Positions 47,392-58,397 of a DNA stretch of 64,000 nucleotides are shown one piece after another (the stretch's first letter is position 1; every line of letters starts with the position of its first letter). Both the position numbers and the translations under genes were made by a program. The DNA comes from Obrimoposthia wandeli. Its lineage: Eukaryota. The DNA is taken from positions 310,001 through 374,000 of the forward strand of contig CDROCS010004085.1 of the NCBI GenBank assembly GCA_977020255.1, read 5' to 3'. The notes beneath the pieces were generated by a model. It made no database searches and was not told the DNA's origin. It worked only from the letters and a program-made list of their open reading frames with translations.

Positions 47392-48372
47392 TTAATCGTG
47401 CGTAAGTACAACTTTACCTACGGCTTTCCCTGCTTCTAGATGAGCATGCGCTTCAGCTACTTGCCAGATAGTGAATTCTGACTCATCAATTAATGGGGTA
47501 ATTTTCCCTTGGTCTACTAAATCGGCTACTGCGGCTAGAATTTTGCCATGGCGAGCACGATCGATGTTTTCAATCATTGGAATCAACATTAATACACTGT
47601 GGAAGCTAAGGCCTTTCAATGCGATCTGAAGTGGATCGGCAATGGGTAATGTTGTTGCCACACGCCCATTGAACTTAACGGCTTCAAAACTGCGTTGGAT
47701 ATTCTCGCCTGCAATCGTATCGAAGATGGCGTCGAATCCATGGCCATCAGTGTATTGGGCAACGTATTCAGCAACATTTTGCTTTTCTACATTAACCACG
47801 TTGTCGGCGTTAAGCGTTTTGGCTATGGCTTCATTTTTAGATCGTGTTGTTGTGGTAACAGTCGCACCAAGGTGCTTACCAAGTTGCACTGCGATATGAC
47901 CAACACCGCCTGTTGCACCATGAACAAGTAGGTTGTCACCCGCTTTAACATCCATTTTTTCGCACAGTGCTTCCCATGCAGTGATAGAGACAAGCGGTAA
48001 TGCTGCTGCTTGCTTCATAGTAAGCGAGGTCGGTTTATGTGCCATTAGGTTGGCATCAACCAGCATGTAATCTGCCAGTGCACCGTTAATACCGGCAATA
48101 CCGCCAGCACAACCATACACTTCATCACCAACTTTGAAGTTGCTGATAGAGTCACAAACAGCTGTTACAACACCCGCTACATCACCATGAAGAATGCTTG
48201 GTAGGTTTTCAGACCATGGCGTCTGTACAGAGCGAAGCATGGTATCTAACGGATTAACACTCGTGGCTTTCACTTCAACAATCATATGACCCAATTGCAG
48301 TTCAGGCATTGGTTGTTCTGTAAGGTTAAATGCGTCGTAGCCGCCGATGTTGCTAATTGTCATTGCTTTCAT
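47392..48372 (-). CDS. Zinc-independent MDR family NADPH:quinone oxidoreductase-like protein
   Basis: SVNPLD, LHGDVAG, AAALPLVSITAWEAL, HGATGGVGHIAVQL. Confidence 0.9.
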   Translation of the reverse strand: MKAMTISNIGGYDAFNLTEQPMPELQLGHMIVEVKATSVNPLDTMLRSVQTPWSENLPSILHGDVAGVVTAVCDSISNFKVGDEVYGCAGGIAGINGALADYMLVDANLMAHKPTSLTMKQAAALPLVSITAWEALCEKMDVKAGDNLLVHGATGGVGHIAVQLGKHLGATVTTTTRSKNEAIAKTLNADNVVNVEKQNVAEYVAQYTDGHGFDAIFDTIAGENIQRSFEAVKFNGRVATTLPIADPLQIALKGLSFHSVLMLIPMIENIDRARHGKILAAVADLVDQGKITPLIDESEFTIWQVAEAHAHLEAGKAVGKVVLTHD

Positions 48373-48511
48373 TTTTTACGCTCCGGTTTGGTTTATGCGG
48401 CCATTCTAGTCATTGCTAGATAAACAACAATACGTTGAAAAACAAGATAGCTTTGCTTTTAAGACAAAAGCGGCTGCGCTATAGTGAATAAAGAGAAAAG
48501 GCATGTAACAG

Positions 48512-49408
48512 GTGACAAAAGAGATGGCGACATTTAATAAATTGCATTACTTCAATTGCGTTGTAGAAACGGGCAGCATTTCAAAAGCCAGTAAAGTTTT
48601 TGATGTGCAGCCATCATCGATATCACGGCAATTAGCGTCATTAGAGAGTGAACTCGGTATTCGCCTGTTAGAGCGAACAACGCGAAATATTGGCTTAACG
48701 GAAGCAGGTAAAACGTATTACGATTATTCAAAACGTATTATCTCTGAGCTTGAAGAAGCCAAACGTGCAGTAGGCGATCTGCAGCTTAGCCCAATAGGTA
48801 ACCTAAAGATCAGCACGACAGTAGGGTTTGGTGAAAGCCGTATTCTGCCCCTATTGCCTAAATTTCGGCAGGCTTATCCTGATATTCGTATCGAAGTTGA
48901 ACTGACTGAACGTATAGTAGATTTAATCGAAGAGAATGTTGATATTGCGATTCGCAGCGGCCGTTTACCCGACTCTAGTTTGATCGCGAGAAAGCTGGTC
49001 GATAATCATTTTCTTTTATGCTCAAGCCCTGAGTATATGGACGAGAATGGGCTACCAGATTCCCCCGAGCAATTGATCAACCATGATTGCGTGGTGTATG
49101 GCTACCATGGTTGGAAAGATTGGTATTTGGTTAAAAACAATTTTCAAAAATTAGCCATTAAACACTACATGACCGTAGATTCTGTTAATGGACAAAAACA
49201 ACTTATTCTTCATGGTGGTGGTATTGCACTTATCCCTTATTGGGCGGTTAAAGATGAATTGGCTTCTGGCCAGTTAATTCAGGTGTTACCAGAACATCAA
49301 TTTAGCCCGTGTCTCCATTTAAGTTCAACTTATGCGATCTATCAAAATAGAAACCTAGTATCTTCAAAGGTGAGGGTGTTTTTAGATTTTTTGCGAGAAA
49401 ATATGTAG
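48512..49408 (+). CDS. LysR family regulator (CrgA-like)
   Basis: HTH GSISKAS...SSISRQLASLE; VDLIEENVDIAIR; KVRVFLDFL. Confidence 0.93.
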   Translation: MTKEMATFNKLHYFNCVVETGSISKASKVFDVQPSSISRQLASLESELGIRLLERTTRNIGLTEAGKTYYDYSKRIISELEEAKRAVGDLQLSPIGNLKISTTVGFGESRILPLLPKFRQAYPDIRIEVELTERIVDLIEENVDIAIRSGRLPDSSLIARKLVDNHFLLCSSPEYMDENGLPDSPEQLINHDCVVYGYHGWKDWYLVKNNFQKLAIKHYMTVDSVNGQKQLILHGGGIALIPYWAVKDELASGQLIQVLPEHQFSPCLHLSSTYAIYQNRNLVSSKVRVFLDFLRENM

Positions 49409-49630
49409 CTATGTAATGCCGTACCATTAAATGTAATCCACTCCATTTATCAATGAATATAGTTGGAATGTTAAGATTCAATAATGAGTAATAGTTGTGA
49501 TTGTAGGTTTATACAATGGCTGTATTATATGCCGAAAATACAAAAGCAAAGGGAATACATCATTATTAGTCCGCCTTAGAAATTAATCTCTTATGAATTT
49601 ATGGCTCATTAATTAATAAAGAGGTTTTTC

Positions 49631-51121
49631 ATGTTAAGTTTTTATAAAGAAAGTTGGTTTGATAATATTAAAGGTGATTTACTATCAGGAATAGTTGTAG
49701 CATTAGCGTTAATACCAGAAGCTATTGCATTTTCAATAATCGCCGGGCTTGATCCAAAGGTCGGTTTATACGCTTCATTTTCAATCTGTGTTGTTATTGC
49801 TTTCACCGGTTCACGTTCTGCAATGATTTCAGCATCAACCGGCGCAATGGCTTTGCTAATGACGACATTAGTTAAAGACCATGGTTTACAATATCTTTTA
49901 GCGGCTTCATTTCTTACTGGTGTTATTCAATACGTAATAGGGCTTTTAAAGCTTGGCAACTTAATGAGGTTTGTTTCACGCTCAATTGTTACCGGGTTTG
50001 TTAACGCTCTAGCAATATTGATTTTTATGGCTCAATTACCAGAATTAACCAATGTAACGTGGCAGGTTTATGCATTAACTGCTGCCGGCTTAGGGATTAT
50101 CTATCTATTTCCCTATATTCCTAAAGTTGGAAAAATATTACCATCACCATTAGTTTGTATTATTGCTATCACTATATTCTGCGTGATGTGTAACATCGAT
50201 ATTCGTACTGTTGGCGATATGGGATCATTACCTGATTCGTTACCTGTATTTATGTTCCCTGATATTCCATTCTCCTTAGAAACATTAAATATAATCTTCC
50301 CTTACTCGTTAGCACTTGCCGTTGTTGGTGTTCTTGAATCGCTTATGACTGCAAAAATTATTGATGATATTACTGATACAGATAGTGACACTAACAGTGA
50401 ATGTAAAGGTCAAGGTTTAGCAAATATGGTTTCATCATTGTTCGGTGGTATGGCTGGCTGTGCCATGATTGGACAATCAATGATTAACATTAAATCAGGC
50501 GGTAGAACTAGGTTATCAACATTATCAGCAGGTGTTTTCCTTTTGATAATGGTTGTTTTCCTTGGTGACTATTTAAAGATAATTCCAATGGCTGCGCTTG
50601 TTGCTGTGATGATAATGGTTTCTATAAGCACGTTTTCATGGAAATCAATACCTGCGATGAGGCACATGCCGTTAAACTCTAACGTGATCATGATTGCAAC
50701 GGTTGTTTCTGTTGTCTTAACCGATAACTTAGCAATTGGTGTTGTTGTTGGTGTTGTTATTGCTTCTGTGTTCTACACGAATCAGAGCAGGTTAATAATG
50801 AAAGTCACTGATGATATTGTCATTCGTTATGACCACACAATTCATAGGGTACATGGTCAGATATTCTTTGCGTCTGCTTATTCCTTCATTGATATGTTCA
50901 ATTTCAACAGTCCTTCAAAGTATGTGACCATTGATCTAACCAGTTCTCATTTTTGGGATATAACCGCCGTGGGTGCGCTTGATAAAGTGATTATAAAATT
51001 CATGAATGCTGGATGTGATGTTAAAGTCACAGGGATGAATGACAATACAATGAAAATAATAGAAAAACATGCAATTTATAATAAGCCTGAGAAACTGGCA
51101 TTAATGACACAGGGTCACTAG
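49631..51121 (+). CDS. SulP family anion transporter with STAS domain
   Basis: DLLSGIVVALALIPEAIAFS, GLDPKVGLY, GGMAGCAMIGQS, VHGQIFFASA...DITAVGAL. Confidence 0.93.
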   Translation: MLSFYKESWFDNIKGDLLSGIVVALALIPEAIAFSIIAGLDPKVGLYASFSICVVIAFTGSRSAMISASTGAMALLMTTLVKDHGLQYLLAASFLTGVIQYVIGLLKLGNLMRFVSRSIVTGFVNALAILIFMAQLPELTNVTWQVYALTAAGLGIIYLFPYIPKVGKILPSPLVCIIAITIFCVMCNIDIRTVGDMGSLPDSLPVFMFPDIPFSLETLNIIFPYSLALAVVGVLESLMTAKIIDDITDTDSDTNSECKGQGLANMVSSLFGGMAGCAMIGQSMINIKSGGRTRLSTLSAGVFLLIMVVFLGDYLKIIPMAALVAVMIMVSISTFSWKSIPAMRHMPLNSNVIMIATVVSVVLTDNLAIGVVVGVVIASVFYTNQSRLIMKVTDDIVIRYDHTIHRVHGQIFFASAYSFIDMFNFNSPSKYVTIDLTSSHFWDITAVGALDKVIIKFMNAGCDVKVTGMNDNTMKIIEKHAIYNKPEKLALMTQGH

Positions 51122-51147
51122 ATATACCATTAAAAAAGTACCCTTTA

Positions 51148-51495
51148 TTGGATGCTTTTAATGTTTTATTTAATGTTATTAAATATATATTTAGGGATTC
51201 TATGCGACCACTTATAACACATGAACCATCAATTGTTGCTACAGCACATTTTTACTACCCCTCTAAAATAACTAAAAATAAAGAGCCACACTCTTGGGTG
51301 ATTGATAGAAGAACGTTAATTGCAAAGAAATATAAGGTTCATGGTATTAATAAAGAATACTCTTTAAAGGTAAGTCCAAATCGTTATGTTTATGAAGAGG
51401 ATTTGATTAGATACTTCGAGGTAAGTAAAAAATCCAATCAGTTCTTTTTAAATGAGAACAAGATTTACTTTAGTAAAACTATATTTAGAAATTAA
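51148..51495 (+). CDS. AT-rich hypothetical protein
   Basis: 115-aa ORF, Lys/Tyr rich, no recognisable motif. Confidence 0.4.
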   Translation: MDAFNVLFNVIKYIFRDSMRPLITHEPSIVATAHFYYPSKITKNKEPHSWVIDRRTLIAKKYKVHGINKEYSLKVSPNRYVYEEDLIRYFEVSKKSNQFFLNENKIYFSKTIFRN

Positions 51496-51676
51496 TATCG
51501 TAATATCCATTCAGAGTGAAGTGTGTTTATAGTCAGTGCTATGAAAAATAAATGTAATGTTATTCGTTTGGGTTTTGCTGCATACGAATATGGGGAAAGC
51601 CAAACTCTAGAGTATTAAGCGATTAGACAATATGTGGCCGGATTAGGTATCTGGCTGAATTGAAAGATTAGATCTT

Positions 51677-52687
51677 TCATGATGTAGTTCGGTCTAAAAA
51701 GCGTTTTCGATAATCTTTCGGAGGGAATCCGGTTAATTTTTTAAAAGCGCGCGAGAAATGAGCAATATCGGCATAACCTAACTTGGCTGAAATATCGGTA
51801 AGGGAGTAACGGGCATCTTCCATTAACCGACAAGATGTCGCGAGCATGATGTTCTCTCGTATGATCTTGAATGTGGTATTTTCTTTAGCCAAGCGGCGTT
51901 GTAATGTTCGTGCGGAAGTATTCAGTACCTTAGCCGCTTCATTTACATTCATTGATGGCTGGCCAATATAGGGGGTTAATGCGAGATAAACGGTTTCTAT
52001 ATATGTCCGTTTTTTGGGAGTGCTAGATGCTTTTTTTTCACTAAAGCTTGCGGGTAGTATAACGGGAGTATTGAGAATGGTATCTGATAGCTCAATAGCC
52101 GTTACGTTGCGATCTGAAACGAACTGAATAGATTGCCCTTTAAAAACCTCAAGCATAGGTTCGATGCTTGAAGACTGGACGGCAACAGAGTTGGGTAACC
52201 AGGTAGTTTTTGTCATAACGTTGATAAATTCGATGGTAAATAGTATCGCAAACACTTCAGCCCAAAAAAATCCCTTCGTATCTTCTTTCGTTTTATAGCG
52301 GCAAAACCAAGGTGTTCCTTTAAAGTGCTCGATAGCAATTTTTGCTGACGGTGAATCGTGAATAATGGCAGTTGCAAGAGAATTGAAAGCATCCTCAAGA
52401 TTTTTGGGCGCATGGATATGGTTCAATATTTTGGGTATGAAATATTCCCGAATGACTACCCGTAATAAATTGCCATAATGCTCTGGGTCTGATTTTTCTG
52501 CCATTAGCACCAGTAAGTGTTTAATAGGTTCTTCTGGCATAAATTCACTTTTCGAACGCAATATATCTTCAGGTAATCCTGCAGTCTTGAGTAATGGGTA
52601 AATATCTTTTTCGAAATGCTTCAGCAATTCAACCAAAGTGGCAGCATGCACGGTTTTGATTAGAGGGGTGAGCTGGTTGGCTGCCAT
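51677..52687 (-). CDS. AraC family transcriptional regulator
   Basis: TSARTLQRRL...LGYADIAHFSRAFKKLTGFPPKDYR. Confidence 0.92.
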   Translation of the reverse strand: MAANQLTPLIKTVHAATLVELLKHFEKDIYPLLKTAGLPEDILRSKSEFMPEEPIKHLLVLMAEKSDPEHYGNLLRVVIREYFIPKILNHIHAPKNLEDAFNSLATAIIHDSPSAKIAIEHFKGTPWFCRYKTKEDTKGFFWAEVFAILFTIEFINVMTKTTWLPNSVAVQSSSIEPMLEVFKGQSIQFVSDRNVTAIELSDTILNTPVILPASFSEKKASSTPKKRTYIETVYLALTPYIGQPSMNVNEAAKVLNTSARTLQRRLAKENTTFKIIRENIMLATSCRLMEDARYSLTDISAKLGYADIAHFSRAFKKLTGFPPKDYRKRFLDRTTS

Positions 52688-52831
52688 AATAGAGAAATAT
52701 CCTTATTACCGTCATTGAGTATGCGTTCTATTATAGAGGGTTTTAACAATAAAATGTTGGGATTACTTATTTGAAATAAAAGGAAAAGGTAACGCGGCTG
52801 CTTCCATGCCGCGGGGGTAATATTGCTTTGG

Positions 52832-53146
52832 TTATGATTGAACATGGCCTACTTCAGCTTTTTTTATCAGAAGTGTTGGCTCTGATTTTTGGGATGGTTT
52901 AAAAATATTAATAATCGCTTTTACGGTGAAGTAAGCACATATCGCTGTAAATGTTACAGCACTAAAAGATTCACCTGATTGAATCGAGACTCCTACGACT
53001 TCAAATGCCTTTCCGCCAAACTCCTTCACATAGGTTAGCGCCCATTTATAGACAAGGTAAAGCTTGGTGAGCGTTATAAGCACAAGATAGGCTTTACCGT
53101 AAGGTGTAAGAAGAAACTGCTTTGTTTTATTCCAAATACTTTTCAT
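52832..53146 (-). CDS. Small hypothetical membrane protein
   Basis: Two hydrophobic segments; plausible start. Confidence 0.6.
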   Translation of the reverse strand: MKSIWNKTKQFLLTPYGKAYLVLITLTKLYLVYKWALTYVKEFGGKAFEVVGVSIQSGESFSAVTFTAICAYFTVKAIINIFKPSQKSEPTLLIKKAEVGHVQS

Positions 53147-53411
53147 TAATATTTCTCGTTCTGATGTTATGAATGGTGGCTGTGCTTGTTGAACGAGATT
53201 AAGTTTACGGGTTGAGCTATTCGTTTTTTATCATTTAACGCCAAGGCTTGCTGTTACTGTTAAATGTATACGGTGGCGTGAAATGGTAAAAAATAGATAG
53301 TAGAGACGTTTATTATTAGGGGGATTTTAATCATAAATTCGATTTATTACGGTGCATACGCAGATCCAAACTCTGTCTTGTTCATTACGAGAAAAATCGA
53401 AGAGGATAGGT

Positions 53412-54566
53412 ATGAACCAAAATAAACAATCGTCTCATTCTGAAAAACCACAAGCCCCCCTTTTGACTGAGCAGCCTCTAACATCTAGTTCTCAGCCCTC
53501 TAAAAAACAAGTCAGCATCCAATGCATTACGCAGAGTGTTTTATGCCTGTGTATGGGGTTATTTGTTTTCTATTTAGTCGCAGATCGTTTTATTCCGAAT
53601 ACTGATATGGCGCGAGTTCGCAGCCATGTGATTCCTGTTACGCCATTAGTTTCTGGTTCAATTATTGATGTATTCGTTAAGCCCAATGATGTTGTAGAAG
53701 CCGGCGATGCACTTATTAAAATTGATCCGAGTAATTATGAAATCGCGTTAAAAGAAGCAGAACAAGACTTGAAGCAAGCTGGAAAACAGATTGGTGTGCA
53801 AACAGCTTCAGTCGCAGTTGCCCAAGCCAAATTATCAGATGCACTTGCCCATCAAGAAAATGTGAGAAGCCAAGCATCGCGTGTTTTGGCTATGGTTGAT
53901 AAAGGCATTGTTACTAAAGCGGATGCGGATAAAACCCGAGCCAGTTTGGCGAGTGCTAAAGCCCAAGTTGCATCGGCTTCAGCAAATTTAGATCAAGCCA
54001 AAGAGCAATTAGGACAAACAGGTAGCGATAATATCGATATACAGTCGGCATTATTAGCATTACAAAAAGCACAGTTAAATGTAGAGCGTACCGTTGTTCG
54101 TGCTCCTGCATTTGGTGGCGTGTCTAATTTTCGTTTAGATGAAGGCTATTATGCGCGAGAAGGGCAACCATTATTAACATTTGTGTCTGGTGAAGATGTT
54201 TGGTTAGAAGCGTATTTTCGTGAAAACAGTTTAGGTAATGTGCAAGCCGGTAATAACGTTGAAGTTGCCTTAGACTACGCACCTGGTGAAGTATTCAAAG
54301 GCCAAATTATTAGCATCGATTATGGGGTTAATTGGGGAGAAAGCAATCAGGCCGGTCAGCTTGCCTCTGTTGGGGCTCAAACGGGTTGGCTACGTCAAAC
54401 TCAACGTTTTCCGGTGATGATCCGCTTTGATAATGAGTCTGCCCAAGGGTTATTACGTGTAGGCGGGCAAGCCGATGTGATGGTGTATACCAAAGAAAAA
54501 TCCATTATGAACATATTTGGCCGTGTGTGGATTCGACTATTAAGTTGGATGTCATATGTCCGATAA
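53412..54566 (+). CDS. HlyD family membrane fusion protein
   Basis: TM, PVTPLVSG, lipoyl-like VEAGDALIKIDP, coiled coil, VRAPAFG, QRFPV. Confidence 0.92.
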   Translation: MNQNKQSSHSEKPQAPLLTEQPLTSSSQPSKKQVSIQCITQSVLCLCMGLFVFYLVADRFIPNTDMARVRSHVIPVTPLVSGSIIDVFVKPNDVVEAGDALIKIDPSNYEIALKEAEQDLKQAGKQIGVQTASVAVAQAKLSDALAHQENVRSQASRVLAMVDKGIVTKADADKTRASLASAKAQVASASANLDQAKEQLGQTGSDNIDIQSALLALQKAQLNVERTVVRAPAFGGVSNFRLDEGYYAREGQPLLTFVSGEDVWLEAYFRENSLGNVQAGNNVEVALDYAPGEVFKGQIISIDYGVNWGESNQAGQLASVGAQTGWLRQTQRFPVMIRFDNESAQGLLRVGGQADVMVYTKEKSIMNIFGRVWIRLLSWMSYVR

Positions 54567-55599
54567 GTCGATATCTTTAGCGAGCGTTAATACAATACAA
54601 GCTTCGATTGATCGCCGTATTATTCGCTTTGTGGTGGGAGTCACCGTTGCGGCAGCACTTGCTTATGGCATAAATTGGGGATTGTCTTTTGTCATGCCCG
54701 TTTTCTTGGCAAAATTTTTAGTTGATAAGCCCGTATTAACTCGCCAGATCTTTGATGAATTGTTTTTGGCCATGATCGCCACAGTATTAATTGGTTTAAG
54801 CATCAGTAATGGGGCGACCCATTACCCATTAGTGCTGTTGTTACTCGTCGGGCTATTAATGTTTTGGGCATATTATTTATTCATGGATCCAGAATGGAAT
54901 TTATTTGCCACGATTCTTATTATTTCAGCCTTACTCATTCCTTATATGGGTATTATTAACCCTGCCGCGGCATTATTTTTAGGTAAAGGGCTAATGATAT
55001 CGGGTATTGGTGCTGTCGCCATGTTTGTTTTGATGCACTGTTTATTGCCTGACAAAATACCGCAATCAGCAAAAGCTAAACTTAAGCCTATTTTACCCTC
55101 ATCTTCCCAACGTACGAATGAGGCATTGCGTGCGTTGATGATTAGTTTTCCGATTATTGCTTTCTTTTACTATTTTCAGATAAATGGTGCACTACTCACA
55201 CTCGCCTTTATTGGTATTTTGTCGTTGCAAATTACAGGACAAAAAAGTGTGAAACTCAGTGCTTTCTTGTTACTGACTAATAGCGTTGGAGGCATATTAG
55301 CTGTTATTGCCTATGAGCTTTTAGTAACAGTGCCTTGGTTCCCATTTTTGGTCGTATTAGTTGCGTTGTTTGCGTGTATATTTGCGAATAAAATTTATAG
55401 TAATCCATTAAAAGCGCCTATCTGGAGTGGAATATTAACGGCATTATTAGTGGTTTTGGGTTCTGCATTATCAAGTGAATCAAAAGATATTGATGTTGGT
55501 TTTTATACTCGAATAGCTCAGATATTTTTAGCGGGTACATACATGATATTCATTTCTTTCTTATTGGGAAATCGTAATAAAGCCAAACACGATAGTTAA
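54556..55599 (+). CDS. DUF2955-like inner membrane protein (FUSC-like partner of HlyD)
   Basis: Multi-TM protein overlapping the HlyD stop; typical Vibrionaceae pairing. Confidence 0.75.
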   Translation: MSDKSISLASVNTIQASIDRRIIRFVVGVTVAAALAYGINWGLSFVMPVFLAKFLVDKPVLTRQIFDELFLAMIATVLIGLSISNGATHYPLVLLLLVGLLMFWAYYLFMDPEWNLFATILIISALLIPYMGIINPAAALFLGKGLMISGIGAVAMFVLMHCLLPDKIPQSAKAKLKPILPSSSQRTNEALRALMISFPIIAFFYYFQINGALLTLAFIGILSLQITGQKSVKLSAFLLLTNSVGGILAVIAYELLVTVPWFPFLVVLVALFACIFANKIYSNPLKAPIWSGILTALLVVLGSALSSESKDIDVGFYTRIAQIFLAGTYMIFISFLLGNRNKAKHDS

Positions 55600-55977
55600 T
55601 ATTTTATTTTTTATACACTAATTTTTATTTATGGAACCAATATCTTCCTTGGGCCATAAACGGCTTTTTTAAAAGACGTGATTCTAATGACTATCGTGCC
55701 TATGCTGTAATTATGGTTGGCATAGATAGCTTATTTACTCAATACTCTCCATAATTTTTGAACTAATGTCACAGTATTTATCGTGTTCCTCTTGCGAATG
55801 ATTACGCACTAATTAACACACTTATTTAAATAATAAATAAAATGAAGTTCATTTATTCATAAATAAGCAAAATGGTTTATTTAAAATAGAATGGCTGCTG
55901 TTGTAACGATTGATTTCATTTACTAGTATCGTTATTAACGGCTTCCATAATAACGTCTTTTACAGGGATGAAAGTAA

Positions 55978-57381
55978 ATGAGTAACATGGACAAAGAGCT
56001 CAAAAACGTGAATCGTCGTCAATTTATTAAAGGAACGGCAAGTGTTGCTGTCGCAGGGCTCAGTACTTCAATTTTTGCAAATACGGTTAATGCATCCACT
56101 TTGCAAACAGATTGGCAGGCGGTTAGTCAGAGTAAAAACGACAAGAGATTTTGGCAGAAAGTACAAAAGCAATTTGTATTAGATAAAAGAACAACATATA
56201 TGAATGTTGGCACAACCGGTTCTATGCCAAAGCACGTACTTGCTGAATTGAGTGACAACAATAAAACAGTAGCAAAATATCCATGGGATATGGACGAAAA
56301 ATTTGGTTCTTGGCCCTATGTTTCAGACATGGTGAATGATATCGCACCAGGCTTTGGAGCCGATCCCCATGAGATAATACTAAGCCGTAATACTACCGAT
56401 GGCATGTGTTCAATAATCAATGGACTTCATTTTGAAGAAGGCGATGTGATTCTTACCACTCATCATGAGCATGTTGCAGCGACATCCCCCATGCATGTTG
56501 CTAAACAACGTTTTGGCGTCAACATTGTTGAAGTACAACTTCCTGTCTATACCGGTTCAGAAACAGTCTCTGAAGATGATTATGTTGAGGCATTTGCAGC
56601 TGCTCTTAATGAAAACAATAATGTTCGCCTGATCGTCTTTTCTCATATCACATACAAAACAGGTACAACATTACCTGCAAAGCGTATTTGTGCATTAGCC
56701 AATCAATATGCAGTACCCACTCTTGTCGATGGTGCACATACTGTGGGTATGTTTGATTTGGATTTTCACGATATCGATTGTGATTTCTATGCTGGTTCAG
56801 GGCATAAATGGCAATGTGGACCAGGTGCGACTGGCATTTTATATGTGCGTGATAATGCAACACGCTTAGATGAATATTGGAACGATCGTGTTAACCCGCT
56901 TTGGCTTATTAACTCCTCGCTGTCTCATGCTGGTTATCTTGGTACTCAATTGCAAATGCAGTATATCGGTAATGATAATTACCCAGCTAAACAAGCACTG
57001 GCTGATAGCTGTAAAATGTGGGATGAGATAGGTAGGCGAAGAATTGAAGAGCGCGTATTACATTTAGGTGCGCTATGTAAATCGTTATTAGCCGAAGCTT
57101 TACCAAACGCGAAATTCTTCTCACCGAACGTGAAAGGATTAACGAGTGGTCTTACAACATTTAACCCTTTTGGATTTGAAAGTGGTGAGTTGCTCACAGA
57201 GTTTAGGGATCGGTTACGTAATGACTATGGCTATATTATTCGTACGACTGATTTTAGATTATACAAAGATGATACCGTTGAAACACATGCCCTAAGAATT
57301 TCCACACACCTTTTTCATGATGAAAAGGATGTGAAAGGGTTAGTCAATGCAATTCAGGAATTGTATGAATATATGAGTTGA
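55978..57381 (+). CDS. scrA: Tat-exported class V PLP aminotransferase, ScrA-like
   Basis: NRRQFIKG Tat motif; YMNVGTTG; VDGAH; SGHKWQCGP (PLP Lys); LRISTH; gene context. Confidence 0.85.
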   Translation: MSNMDKELKNVNRRQFIKGTASVAVAGLSTSIFANTVNASTLQTDWQAVSQSKNDKRFWQKVQKQFVLDKRTTYMNVGTTGSMPKHVLAELSDNNKTVAKYPWDMDEKFGSWPYVSDMVNDIAPGFGADPHEIILSRNTTDGMCSIINGLHFEEGDVILTTHHEHVAATSPMHVAKQRFGVNIVEVQLPVYTGSETVSEDDYVEAFAAALNENNNVRLIVFSHITYKTGTTLPAKRICALANQYAVPTLVDGAHTVGMFDLDFHDIDCDFYAGSGHKWQCGPGATGILYVRDNATRLDEYWNDRVNPLWLINSSLSHAGYLGTQLQMQYIGNDNYPAKQALADSCKMWDEIGRRRIEERVLHLGALCKSLLAEALPNAKFFSPNVKGLTSGLTTFNPFGFESGELLTEFRDRLRNDYGYIIRTTDFRLYKDDTVETHALRISTHLFHDEKDVKGLVNAIQELYEYMS

Positions 57382-57438
57382 TCTTTGAGCGCTCTATAAG
57401 AGCGCTTTCTTGATGATAGAGAATATGTATCGAGGGTA

Positions 57439-58368
57439 TTGATGACTGTAAAAAAAATAGGGAAAACGATAAGCCATATTGTGTTTGTTGGTGCTGCGAT
57501 CATTTTCAGCCAACACTCCTTGGCAACTGATCTAGCCGAAATTAAAGAGAAAGGTGTCTTACGTCATATTGGCGTGCCTTACGCAAACTTTATCTCTTAT
57601 ATTAATCGAGATGACTTTCAATTACTAAGCGGCTTGGATGTTGATATTGTAAAAGGTTTTTCTGAGTCAATAGGGGTTGAGTATCAATATGTTCCGGCAG
57701 AGTGGAACAACGTTATTGGTAAATTAATCGGTCAAAATGCTCAATTTAAAAATAATCAAATTGTATTAGGCAAGAAAAGCCCCATTGAAGGCGATATTAT
57801 CGCCAATGGTGTAACAATTTTGGATTGGCGAGCAGAACTTGCTGACTTTTCTGACGATTATTTTCCTTCTGCTGTATGGCTCGTTGCACGTTCCGACTCT
57901 GATTTGGAACCCATTCAACCAACGGGCTCGATTGATAAAGATATAGAAAAAGTAAAACAACTCATTAAGGGAAGAGATGTGCTGGCGATGGAGCAATCTT
58001 GTTTAGACCCTAATTTATACAACCTCTATGAAACAGAGGCAAACATCATAGAGCCAGAACGTAGCCGAAAATTAAATGAGATGGTACCTGCAATCCTCAA
58101 CCAAGATGCTGAAAGTACGTTGCTTGATGTTGCTGACACCTTAATTGCACTTGAAAAATGGCCTGGTGAAATAAAAGTGATAGGCCCTATTTCACAAGAT
58201 CAAAGAATGGCAGTGGCATTTAGAAAGAGTTCTCCAGAATTACGTAAGGCATTCAATCATTATTTGGCTACGATTAAAGAAGATGGAACGTATCAAAAGT
58301 TGGTTGAAAAATATTATCCGTCGGTATTTTATTTCTATGGTGATTACTTTAAGGAAAGTAATCAGTAG
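57439..58368 (+). CDS. scrB: Periplasmic amino-acid-binding family 3 protein, ScrB-like
   Basis: LAEIKEKGVLRHIGVPYANF, GLDVDI, AVAFRKSSPELR; gene context. Confidence 0.85.
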   Translation: MMTVKKIGKTISHIVFVGAAIIFSQHSLATDLAEIKEKGVLRHIGVPYANFISYINRDDFQLLSGLDVDIVKGFSESIGVEYQYVPAEWNNVIGKLIGQNAQFKNNQIVLGKKSPIEGDIIANGVTILDWRAELADFSDDYFPSAVWLVARSDSDLEPIQPTGSIDKDIEKVKQLIKGRDVLAMEQSCLDPNLYNLYETEANIIEPERSRKLNEMVPAILNQDAESTLLDVADTLIALEKWPGEIKVIGPISQDQRMAVAFRKSSPELRKAFNHYLATIKEDGTYQKLVEKYYPSVFYFYGDYFKESNQ

Positions 58369-58397
58369 ATCTTATAAAGGAAGCAATAAAAGGATTT

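Noticed and set aside
51677-55599. AraC, small membrane protein, HlyD and DUF2955 cluster as novel
   Set aside because: Common uncharacterised efflux-type arrangement in Vibrionaceae; nothing distinctive seen here.
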